A DNA stretch of 64,000 bases. Origin: a virus. Taxonomy: Duplodnaviria; Heunggongvirae; Uroviricota; Caudoviricetes. Location: the IMG/VR virus record IMGVR_UViG_3300029911_000006; one strand, 5' to 3'. Below are positions 53,815-60,364 of the stretch, piece by piece. The position numbers and the translations under genes are program-made. Position 1 is the stretch's first letter, and each line of letters begins with the position of its first letter. Below the pieces are notes generated by a model. It saw only the letters and a list, made by a program, of their open reading frames with translations. It was not told the DNA's origin and did no database searches.

Positions 53815-54046
53815 CAGTCTTATCCTCGGAAGCGTCTTCCGTCCATTGCACTGAAGCTCGTTCCACATTCAACGATAGCCCGTCGAGAAACAACATTACC
53901 TCGCTCCTTAGTTCCGCAGAGTCGAAGCGGTCGTACTTGTCCGAGACATCCAGCGTTAGGGTAAACTTTCTCATAGTGATAGATACGTCACTTTCTTCCT
54001 TCAAACATGCAAAAAGTGAGATTGCTCTCACTCCTTGGTCGAACAA
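53807..54046 (-). CDS. hypothetical acidic protein (79 aa)
   Basis: Track ORF. Confidence 0.45.
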   Translation of the reverse strand: MFDQGVRAISLFACLKEESDVSITMRKFTLTLDVSDKYDRFDSAELRSEVMLFLDGLSLNVERASVQWTEDASEDKTDE

Positions 54047-54050
54047 AACT

Positions 54051-54125
54051 TGGCTCCCAGTGAGGGACTCGAACCCCCAACCATACGGTTAACAGCCGTA
54101 AGCTCTGCCATTGAGCTAACTGGGA
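54051..54125 (-). tRNA. tRNA-Asn (anticodon GUU)
   Basis: Acceptor TCCCAGT/ACTGGGA, D GCTC/GAGC, anticodon stem TACGG/CCGTA with loop CTGTTAA, T-arm GGGGG-TTCGAGT-CCCTC, CCA. Confidence 0.85.
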
Positions 54126-54134
54126 ACATCTCTT

Positions 54135-54198
54135 TGCGGGGCAGACATTGAACCTGCGACCTCTCGGTTAGCCTCCGACATCTAGGCACCCGCAATCC
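54135..54198 (-). other. tRNA-like fragment (T-arm-like GCAGG-TTCAATG-TCTGC plus acceptor-like TTGCGGG/CCCGCAA); about 62 nt, too short for a tRNA
   Basis: Hand-folded. Probably a degenerate tRNA remnant. Confidence 0.3.
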
Positions 54199-54379
54199 TT
54201 TTGACCCACTTCTTTTCCTTGTCGTTCCATACTCTACGCTTAGAGTACCAACCGGAACGGAAGTGCATCACTATTACTGTCATCCCCCAGTGGCGTGTAC
54301 CCAGCCATCCGATGAGGGTAAGAAACAGTCCGTCGATGAAGTCTACTACATCCTCGGGTTGACGTAACTGTCTCAACAT
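54182..54379 (-). CDS. small protein (65 aa)
   Basis: Track ORF. Confidence 0.4.
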   Translation of the reverse strand: MLRQLRQPEDVVDFIDGLFLTLIGWLGTRHWGMTVIVMHFRSGWYSKRRVWNDKEKKWVKRIAGA

Positions 54380-54421
54380 ATCTTGGTTGCGGAGGTTGGG
54401 TTGGATGTCTTACCACATTTT

Positions 54422-54498
54422 TGGTTGGGAGAGCAGGGATCGAACCTGCAAACCTCTCGGGTCAGAACCGAGTGTTCTACCAATTGAACTATCTCCCA
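54422..54498 (-). tRNA. tRNA-Gln (anticodon CUG)
   Basis: U1-A72 acceptor TGGGAGA/TCTCCCA, anticodon stem CTCGG/CCGAG with loop TTCTGAC, T-arm TGCAG-GTTCGATCC, CCA. Confidence 0.8.
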
Positions 54499-54505
54499 AT
54501 AACTT

Positions 54506-54582
54506 TGGTACCTCGGGTCGGATTTGAACCGACGATTTCCTCCTTATGAGAGAGGCGTCTTAGACCGCTGGACGACCGAGGC
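54506..54582 (-). tRNA. tRNA-Met (anticodon CAU; elongator or Ile2-type)
   Basis: Anticodon stem CCTCT/GGAGG with loop CTCATAA, T-arm GTCGG-TTCAAAT-CCGAC, CCA. Confidence 0.8.
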
Positions 54583-54583
54583 A

Positions 54584-55258
54584 CTACATTACTTGGGCTA
54601 AGTCGGTTCCACCTTTAGAGTTCAGACGGACATTGCGTTCCTTAGCCCATGCACTTACAACCTTGGATAACTTCCTACCCCTGCCCTTACCCATGTTCAT
54701 CCCCCTATACGTGGGGGTCAGTGAGTGACAATTAGGACAAAGCAACCTACAATTACTATAGCTGTTATTGTAGCAATCCCCATCTACATGTTCGAGTTCA
54801 ATTGGAACTGTGAGGGATTTGGGGTTCACTTTACTCCACCCACAGTCCTCGCATTTCCTTCCCCGCTCAATTATCAGATAACCTTTGGCTGATCGTTCCG
54901 ATGGAACTATTACTCCTGACTTCCATTTTACTAGTAGTACAGCCCGTCTTCTATCCCACGACTGCTTCGACTGTTTCCCTCCCTCCCTCGAAGCACATTT
55001 CCTAGAGCAGTGCCTCTGAGACAGCTTACCGTGGGTAAACGAACCGCCACATGTAATACACGTTTTATCATGACAACAGGAAGGCTTATTGAGGAGCCCC
55101 GATGTATTGCGTCTATCAACAAGTTCTTCCTTACTTAGGGGGTAATCACGTAACCATAAACTGGCAGAACCCTTGGCTACTCCCAGTCGAAGCGCAATTT
55201 CTTTCAATGAAAGCCGATTCTGTACCCTCAGTGTAATTGCTTCATTCTGTTTTTCCAT
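54584..55258 (-). CDS. HNH homing endonuclease with an N-terminal HTH domain
   Basis: IELEHVDGDCYNNSYSNCRLLCPNCHS. It is embedded between tRNA genes. Confidence 0.7.
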   Translation of the reverse strand: MEKQNEAITLRVQNRLSLKEIALRLGVAKGSASLWLRDYPLSKEELVDRRNTSGLLNKPSCCHDKTCITCGGSFTHGKLSQRHCSRKCASREGGKQSKQSWDRRRAVLLVKWKSGVIVPSERSAKGYLIIERGRKCEDCGWSKVNPKSLTVPIELEHVDGDCYNNSYSNCRLLCPNCHSLTPTYRGMNMGKGRGRKLSKVVSAWAKERNVRLNSKGGTDLAQVM

Positions 55259-55340
55259 TAATCTTCGCATTTGAACCCCCTATAAGAGGTATGCGATAGT
55301 CGAAAAACCAGCATGACTAACCTACTGTAGGTACAAATTA

Positions 55341-55416
55341 TGGTGGGGCCGTTCGGCATCGAACCGAAATCTCACCGCTTAAAAGGCGGGACTCTAGCCA
55401 TTTGAGTTACAACCCC
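55341..55416 (-). tRNA. tRNA-Lys (anticodon UUU)
   Basis: Acceptor GGGGTTG/CGGCCCC (two G-U pairs), D ACTC/GAGT, anticodon CCGC-CTTTTAA-GCGG, T-arm TTCGG-TTCGATG-CCGAA, CCA. Confidence 0.75.
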
Positions 55417-55457
55417 GAATTTGGGCAAACGTTTCATATAGTTCCTTTGCAAAACTT

Positions 55458-55534
55458 TGGTGCGCCGGGGTGGATTCGAACCACCGTCATCTCGGGTAAG
55501 GGCCGAGTATAATAATCCGCTATACGACCGACGC
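55458..55534 (-). tRNA. tRNA with a non-canonical anticodon loop CCCUUAC (C at position 33; anticodon possibly CUU)
   Basis: Good acceptor GCGTCGG/CCGGCGC, D GTAT/ATAC and T-arm GGTGG-TTCGAAT-CCACC with CCA. Anticodon stem CTCGG/CCGAG. Confidence 0.55.
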
Positions 55535-55554
55535 AAAACTGGTACATCTAAACT

Positions 55555-55641
55555 TGGTGCGTCCGGAGGGATTCGAACCCCCGTTGGGAATCTCTCCCGC
55601 TGATTAAGAGTCAGGTGCATAAGCCACTCTGCCACGAACGC
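55555..55641 (-). tRNA. tRNA with anticodon CUU (Lys) on a class-II body (long variable arm GGGAGAGATTCCC; A73)
   Basis: Acceptor GCGTTCG/CGGACGC, 3-bp D stem (Leu-like), anticodon CTGA-CTCTTAA-TCAG, T-arm GGGGG-TTCGAAT-CCCTC, CCA. Confidence 0.55.
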
Positions 55642-55728
55642 ATATCCCTGTAAGCGGTACAATTGTGCCGGATACAGCTAAAACTAGGCTTTATCGGTAA
55701 CATACTACCGGTATTGCCGACATCAAAC

Positions 55729-55802
55729 TTGGCTCGGTCTCAGGGGGTCGAACCCCGGTTTCTAGGGTCAGAACCTAGCGTCCTACCACTGAACGAAGAC
55801 CG
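55729..55802 (-). tRNA. tRNA-Gln (anticodon CUG), second copy
   Basis: U1-A72 acceptor TCGGTCT/AGACCGA, anticodon stem CTAGG/CCTAG with loop TTCTGAC, T-arm CGGGG-TTCGACC-CCCTG, CCA. Confidence 0.75.
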
Positions 55803-55818
55803 AACATGTGGAACTAAA

Positions 55819-55918
55819 CTGGTGCGGGTGGGGAGATTCTCACGTCCCCGTGGCACCTTACCCTCTGAGCGTCAAGACGTGAGTGTGTCGCGACTCAGAT
55901 AGAGGGCACCTACCCCGC
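55819..55918 (-). ncRNA. about 100-nt tRNA-like or structured RNA ending in ACCA, with non-canonical arms
   Basis: 3' ...CACCCGCACCA pairs with 5' GCGGGGT over 5 bp. Internal hairpins CTGAG..CTCAG and GGGGA..TCCCC. No canonical TpsiC loop. Confidence 0.3.
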
Positions 55919-55935
55919 ATACTGTGCTACTAAAC

Positions 55936-56026
55936 TGGCTCAGGGGGAGGGACTCGAACCCTCAGAGGGAATGGCTACCCGCTTGGTTAACAGCCAAGTA
56001 CGCTGCCAGTTACGTTTTACCCCTGA
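55936..56026 (-). tRNA. tRNA with anticodon GUU (Asn) on a class-II body (18-nt variable arm; G73)
   Basis: Acceptor TCAGGGG/CCCCTGA, 3-bp D stem, anticodon stem CTTGG/CCAAG with loop CTGTTAA, variable CGGGTAGCCATTCCCTCT, T-arm GAGGG-TTCGAGT-CCCTC, CCA. Confidence 0.55.
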
Positions 56027-56263
56027 ACATCTCTGCTACTAAACTTAGGCCGACTCTCTCTTCGGCGTCACACCACTTCAACTAAGACACATGCCTTCTA
56101 CGCTTCTAACGTAGGCTTTCATGTACGTTCATCGCCGAAGCGAAACGCCGGGTAGGTGTCACCCTTCTTGTGCTACTAAACCGGGAGGGCTTGGGATTTC
56201 ACGAACGTTCCACAGACGGGAGCTACCCGCCAGATGTCTATCCGTCCCTCTTAGTCCCTTTCG

Positions 56264-56331
56264 TTCACTTGGCGGGAGTCGAACCCGCATCAGCCGCCAA
56301 CGCGGCTGCTCTACCATTGAGCTACAAGCAA
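56264..56331 (-). pseudogene. defective tRNA-like gene (good D and T arms and acceptor, but anticodon hairpin CAGCCGC-gttg-GCGGCTG with a 4-nt loop; no CCA)
   Basis: Hand-folded. Only about 19 nt separate the D and T arms. Confidence 0.35.
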
Positions 56332-56354
56332 CTAAGGAACCTCAACTCAAACTA

Positions 56355-56429
56355 TGGCTGGCAAGGCCGGATTCGAACCGACACCTTCTCCGGTAACAGC
56401 GGAGCATCATACCATTAGACCACTTGCCA
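56355..56429 (-). tRNA. tRNA with anticodon GUU (Asn-type), imperfect D stem
   Basis: Acceptor TGGCAAG/CTTGCCA, anticodon stem CTCCG/CGGAG with loop CTGTTAC, T-arm GTCGG-TTCGAAT-CCGGC, CCA. Confidence 0.55.
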
Positions 56430-56749
56430 ACAACTCTCACCCGGTGCTCCCGGACAGCGGACTTACTCAGTTCCGGTCGAATGGGTACGATGCCGGAACA
56501 CTGCCTCTGCTGGAGGATTTACACGCATGACCTCCATTGAACTTATCGGGCACTGACTTCTAAAGCTACATCCGGCCAACGCCGCATGGTGACCAACCCT
56601 CTCGTCACATCCCCGGATTACGAGTCCGGTGCTTTGTTCAGACTCATCACGTAGGTTCCAGCCCTCGTGAATCTGTCTAGGTCTAGTCGTGACCAACGGC
56701 TGGAACCACTGGTGCCCGAAACCGAGACGGATGTTCTCGCCTCAAAACT

Positions 56750-56825
56750 TGGTGCCCCCGGTAAGAATCGAACTCACATCCACGACTTAGAAGGTCGGTG
56801 TCCTTGTCCGTTGAACGACGGGGGC
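56750..56825 (-). tRNA. tRNA-Arg (anticodon UCU)
   Basis: Acceptor GCCCCCG/CGGGGGC, D GTTC/GGAC, anticodon stem CGAC/GTCG with loop CTTCTAA, T-arm GTGAG-TTCGATT-CTTAC, CCA. Confidence 0.8.
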
Positions 56826-56888
56826 TGTTATCAGGGATTGAACTCAGATCATAAATGAAAATACTATCTGACTTTAAACCCCTTGAGT

Positions 56889-57533
56889 ATGCAAACTAAA
56901 ACAAAAGTCACTTGCCTAACTTGCCAAGTAGAATTTGAAAAGGCTGAAGCTGAAATCCGTAGATCATCTCCCGGTCGTAACTTCTGCTCACGTTCCTGCT
57001 CAGCCAAACTCCGTCGTGGTCTTCAAAGAAACCCACCAAAACCTCGTACTTGTAAATCCTGCGGGGCTGAGTTTACATGCTCAACATCCCACCGGTCTTA
57101 CACCTTCTGCTCCCCATGTTCTGGAAACAAGGAACATCTACTTACTCCCCACCTTCGGCTACGCAAACGCCACGGGTCTAATGAGTATATCCGAGTAGAC
57201 TTCCGCCTTATGACTCTTGAAGAGGCGATGAATTCACCTTATGTAAAAGGCAAGCACCGTAGCCACATCTATGATTTCGTCAGGCGGTTCAACCGTTCAT
57301 GGAACAAACACCTTCTCAAACTACCTTGCTTGTACTGTGGTTATAGTAAGCACAGTGAACTTGCTCACATCAAAGGCATAAAAACCTTCTCACTTGATTC
57401 TACTCTCGGCGAAATCAACAATGTCAGCAACGTCTTACCTCTGTGTCGTAACTGCCACTGGGAGTTTGATAACGACCTCCTATCGCTTGAAACCATAAAG
57501 TTGGTGCGCCCGAGAGGATTCGAACCTCTGTAG
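56889..57533 (+). CDS. HNH homing endonuclease (plus strand) in an AT-richer island
   Basis: CLYCGYSKHSELAHIKG...NVLPLCRNCHWEFD. Its last about 10 codons read into the 3' end of the tRNA at 57502..57590. Confidence 0.6.
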   Translation: MQTKTKVTCLTCQVEFEKAEAEIRRSSPGRNFCSRSCSAKLRRGLQRNPPKPRTCKSCGAEFTCSTSHRSYTFCSPCSGNKEHLLTPHLRLRKRHGSNEYIRVDFRLMTLEEAMNSPYVKGKHRSHIYDFVRRFNRSWNKHLLKLPCLYCGYSKHSELAHIKGIKTFSLDSTLGEINNVSNVLPLCRNCHWEFDNDLLSLETIKLVRPRGFEPL

Positions 57534-57590
57534 AGAACTCTCGTTCAACAGATTCGTAGTCTGGTGCCTCATCCGCTAGGCTACGGGCGC
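57502..57590 (-). tRNA. tRNA with anticodon ACG (Arg) and an 18-nt variable arm
   Basis: Acceptor GCGCCCG/CGGGCGC, D GCCT/AGGC, anticodon stem CCAGA/TCTGT with loop CTACGAA, variable TGAACGAGAGTTCTCTAC (GAAC/GTTC stem), T-arm AGAGG-TTCGAAT-CCTCT, CCA. Confidence 0.6.
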
Positions 57591-57876
57591 ATATATTTTG
57601 CACATCCTGTTCGTAGCAGGTAAAGGCAAGTACTGTGCCTTGTTCTTAGGATGTGGGCGAGAATGCTGAACTCCCTGTCCACCCCTCCCGGCCTTTCAAC
57701 CGAGAGCATCCTGATTGCTCGGAACCTTTTCCAGTGTCGTCGCGACGACCCACTTGCAAGTGGTGAAGGTATCGAACCTCCTCGGAACCGTCTTGGCTTG
57801 TGCGGCCAGCATTTACTGACATATCCGGGCTATCACGCCCGATGAGGCACATCGCCTCCCCTTTCACACAAAGACT

Positions 57877-57966
57877 TGGTGTACCCGGCAGGACTCGAAC
57901 CTGCATGAGACTTTCGTCAGCCCACCTTCGGAGGGTGGCGGCTAATCCAATTCACACCACGGGTAC
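57877..57966 (-). tRNA. tRNA with anticodon CCG (Arg) and a 17-nt variable arm
   Basis: Acceptor GTACCCG/CGGGTAC, anticodon stem CCACC/GGTGG with loop CTCCGAA, variable GCTGACGAAAGTCTCAT, T-arm GCAGG-TTCGAGT-CCTGC, CCA. Confidence 0.6.
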
Positions 57967-58233
57967 AAAACGACGGTGCTTTGCGAAGCTCCTCACCATT
58001 CCGTGAGGCAGGGTTGGTTACCCGCGTCTTCCGTCTAACTCAAAAGTAAGGTGGGGGTCTTCACTTCCCGAACGTCGTCCGCTACCAGTGTCACAGCCGC
58101 CCTAATACTTCCGGCTACGCCTTTGCCTTACTGATGCTTCTAGCATAGGTTCTGGCGGTTGATTCCCTGTACCAGTTTCCCGGTACCGGTCTTTTATCCC
58201 TTGCGGGTACCGCTACGCCCATGCCAAAACTTT

Positions 58234-58308
58234 TGGGGGGCAATCCGGGAATCGAACCCGAGTAACCGATGCCACAGATCGGCGTTCTGCCACTGAACTA
58301 ATCGCCCC
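58234..58308 (-). tRNA. tRNA-His (anticodon GUG) with a genomically encoded G-1
   Basis: Extra 5' G opposite discriminator C73. Acceptor GGGCGAT/ATTGCCC, anticodon stem CCGAT/ATCGG with loop CTGTGGC, T-arm TCGGG-TTCGATT-CCCGG, CCA. Confidence 0.85.
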
Positions 58309-58332
58309 ACATCTTTTCAAAACTTTGCCTTT

Positions 58333-58408
58333 TGGCGGGGGAGCCGGGATTTGAACCCGGAAAAATGGTTTTGGAGACCATCGGTTTGCCAGTTGAGCCT
58401 ACTCCCCC
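58333..58408 (-). tRNA. tRNA-Trp (anticodon CCA)
   Basis: Acceptor GGGGGAG/CTCCCCC, anticodon stem ATGGT/ACCAT with loop CTCCAAA, T-arm CCGGG-TTCAAAT-CCCGG, CCA. Confidence 0.8.
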
Positions 58409-58417
58409 CAATTAGTT

Positions 58418-58455
58418 GTTTCAAATCAATTGTCAAAGATCGCTTTTGAGCCTGA
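58418..58455 (-). promoter_or_regulatory. sigma70-type promoter (TTGACA-N17-TAATTG) immediately upstream of tRNA-Trp
   Basis: Minus strand reads CTTTGACAATTGATTTGAAACAACTAATTGGGGGGAG. Confidence 0.4.
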
Positions 58456-58460
58456 GCCCT

Positions 58461-58492
58461 ACAACGAAAAACCCTAGCCGCTTTGGCTAGGG
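58461..58492 (-). terminator. intrinsic terminator (CCCTAGCC-aaagc-GGCTAGGG followed by TTTTTCG)
   Basis: 8-bp perfect stem followed by a U-tract on the minus strand. It isolates upstream transcription from the tRNA array. Confidence 0.65.
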
Positions 58493-58526
58493 TCTGTAAT
58501 TCTAATCTCGGTTGGTGCTTAGGTGA

Positions 58527-58628
58527 TTTTCACCCGACCATGAGATAGACACAGACCCGTGCTGCGGCGATTATGCTGCTGCCACATGCCCCGCTTCGAA
58601 TTGGTCTGTTTTAACGTCATGGTAGTTT
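58527..58628 (-). CDS. possible micro-ORF (33 aa) downstream of promoter copy 14
   Basis: AAGGAAACTACC-ATG Shine-Dalgarno. It ends just before the terminator. It could instead be a leader. Confidence 0.25.
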
Positions 58629-58654
58629 CCTTGTGCTGCTGTTTTCTGCTTCTC

Positions 58655-58715
58655 TTACATAATACCTGATAGTTCGGAAATTGAAACAACTATTTTTGAT
58701 TTATTTGAAAAATCT
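58655..58715 (-). promoter_or_regulatory. conserved promoter, copy 14 (variant: -10 TATTAT)
   Basis: Minus strand reads CAAAAATAGTTGTTTCAATTTCCGAACTATCAGGTATTATGTAAGAG. Confidence 0.5.
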
Positions 58716-58886
58716 TTCGTCTGTTCCTCGCCGCTGGGGCCAGCGGTCTTCCGGGTCTTTCGCCACGTCGCTGATAACCCGGCCACAGTAGGGACAAGTT
58801 TTGGTGATAAACACCCTTGACTCCTGCACATTCGGTAGTACAATGCGGTCGCAGTAGTGGCAGGTCTCGTGGTCGCATTGCTTCAT
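58701..58886 (-). CDS. zinc-ribbon protein (61 aa; CDHETCHYC...CPYC)
   Basis: AAGG Shine-Dalgarno. ATGA coupling. Confidence 0.5.
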   Translation of the reverse strand: MKQCDHETCHYCDRIVLPNVQESRVFITKTCPYCGRVISDVAKDPEDRWPQRRGTDERFFK

Positions 58887-59089
58887 AGTGTACCTTCGAG
58901 GAAGTTGAAGTGTAGGTCTCTGGTATAGTCGTTGTGAGTAATGTACAACGCCCTACCGGAAGACAGGCGGAGAACGTACTCCGGCCCATGGCTTCCGTGA
59001 AAATCCACACTGGTGATGGTCTCACCCACGAGAGTCTTCAGGGTTTCCTTGCTCATCTGGTTGCGGTCTTCCGTTTGCAGTAGACTCAT
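58883..59089 (-). CDS. hypothetical protein (68 aa from MSLLQ)
   Basis: Track ORF. Confidence 0.45.
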   Translation of the reverse strand: MSLLQTEDRNQMSKETLKTLVGETITSVDFHGSHGPEYVLRLSSGRALYITHNDYTRDLHFNFLEGTL

Positions 59090-59096
59090 AGTAGTT

Positions 59097-59219
59097 ACCT
59101 GTTCTTGTAGAGGAAAATACCAAAGGCGATAGCTAGGGGGACGATAATCCACCCACCAAAGTGAGTGAAGGCGTACCAGTCAAGGTTCCATCGAGCGACG
59201 ATGTAGTCCCAAGGTGACA
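59097..59219 (-). CDS. small membrane peptide (40 aa)
   Basis: Hand-translated. TAATG coupling to the upstream 58-aa gene. Confidence 0.35.
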
Positions 59220-59221
59220 TT

Positions 59222-59397
59222 ACTTCTTCTCCGCTTCCTTGTCAGCCTTACGTTGAAGAAGCTGAGCCAGCCCAGCAACGCCAATGTCCAACTTGCCGTT
59301 GCTGAGCAGCCCATGCTTCTTGATGAGTTCGTCGGAGTATTCCTCCGTGATGCCGAACCCCTTCACAGCGTATTTCGACGCCTTCATCTTCGGAGCC
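59222..59397 (-). CDS. small protein (58 aa, MAPKMKASKYAVKGFGITEEY...)
   Basis: Hand-translated. TAATG overlaps at both ends. Confidence 0.4.
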
Positions 59398-59398
59398 A

Positions 59399-60121
59399 TT
59401 AGTAGCGGCCCTTGACACTCGTGACACCGCCACGGTTGACCACGTAACCCTTGTCATCAATTCCAACCGGAACATCCTTCGGCGGCTCAGGCGGGAGCGG
59501 CTGGTTCATCTCAGCCACAGCCGTCTTGAACAGGCGGTCGGACATCGACTGAAGCGACGTGGACAGGCTGCGGTAGATGGCGCGGAAGGCACGGCGCACC
59601 GGGTCATTGAGGAGAGTCCACACGCTGGAGAACGGCCAGTAGGTCATCCACATCAGAATGTCGCTCTTGTGGTCATGCACCTGAGGGGCTTCCCCCTCAA
59701 TGTAATTGGTGCCCAAGAATTGCTTGAAGCTGGAGACCAACGCAGGAGTTATTTCGGTCGCGTTTTTGCTCCGCAGGAACCGGTTGCTCCGCAGGAACCG
59801 GGCCTTCTTCTCCTTGTACTCTTCCAGCTTCTTGGTCACGTGCAGGAACCACTTGACCACGCCCCATACCGTACCGGCGACGAAGTAGAGTGCGACCCCA
59901 ATCACCACGTTCCACGGATGGTTGAGAACGTACATGGCTGCTGACTTCAGGTGAAGCGAGAAGAGCAAGGTGAAGCCGATGAGGAGGGTGAAGAAGGCGG
60001 CGAAGCCTGAGTCATGTTCAACATAGGCAATGGTGATGATGACGGCGGCTGCGAGGATAATCCATCCCCATGTGGAGCCGAAGGCTACGGCGGCGAGAAG
60101 TGCGATGAAGAATGCTTCCAT
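59399..60121 (-). CDS. membrane protein (4 TM helices plus a soluble C-terminal domain, 240 aa)
   Basis: Hydrophobicity pattern. AGGA Shine-Dalgarno. Confidence 0.55.
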   Translation of the reverse strand: MEAFFIALLAAVAFGSTWGWIILAAAVIITIAYVEHDSGFAAFFTLLIGFTLLFSLHLKSAAMYVLNHPWNVVIGVALYFVAGTVWGVVKWFLHVTKKLEEYKEKKARFLRSNRFLRSKNATEITPALVSSFKQFLGTNYIEGEAPQVHDHKSDILMWMTYWPFSSVWTLLNDPVRRAFRAIYRSLSTSLQSMSDRLFKTAVAEMNQPLPPEPPKDVPVGIDDKGYVVNRGGVTSVKGRY

Positions 60122-60133
60122 GATGAATTCCTT

Positions 60134-60364
60134 TCAGTTACCAGAAAATGGTGATGGAGTAGTACCAGCCACCGGCAGTGCCGGGTGCGTCGGGGGTAGC
60201 TCCTTCCAGCAATTCAGGGGGCTGTCGTTGTACTGCTTCTCGTTTTCAGTGAGAGCCTCACCTACCTTGTCTACTATCGAGCAGACGGCCAGACCACACA
60301 TCTCACAGCAGCGGCGGACTGAGCCGAAGGGCTGACCGTTCTGCGTTACCAAGTGGAGGCTCAT
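60134..60364 (-). CDS. small Cys-containing protein (76 aa)
   Basis: ATGA overlap with the upstream gene. Confidence 0.4.
   Translation of the reverse strand: MSLHLVTQNGQPFGSVRRCCEMCGLAVCSIVDKVGEALTENEKQYNDSPLNCWKELPPTHPALPVAGTTPSPFSGN

Noticed and set aside
56440-56700. Additional tRNA genes in this segment, and at 57600..57870 (a 10-bp stem GGTTCCAGCC/GGCTGGAACC; anticodon-like arm CCGGA-CTCGTAA-TCCGG; T-loop-like GGTTCGATACC)
   Set aside because: I could not fold complete cloverleafs by hand (missing acceptor or T-arm partners). These are likely degenerate tRNA remnants or non-tRNA structures and need tRNAscan-SE or Infernal.
57967-58233. tmRNA (ssrA) in the tRNA-rich region
   Set aside because: No tRNA-Ala-like acceptor/T-arm with a G3-U70 pair plus CCA flanking an ORF-like tag segment could be found.
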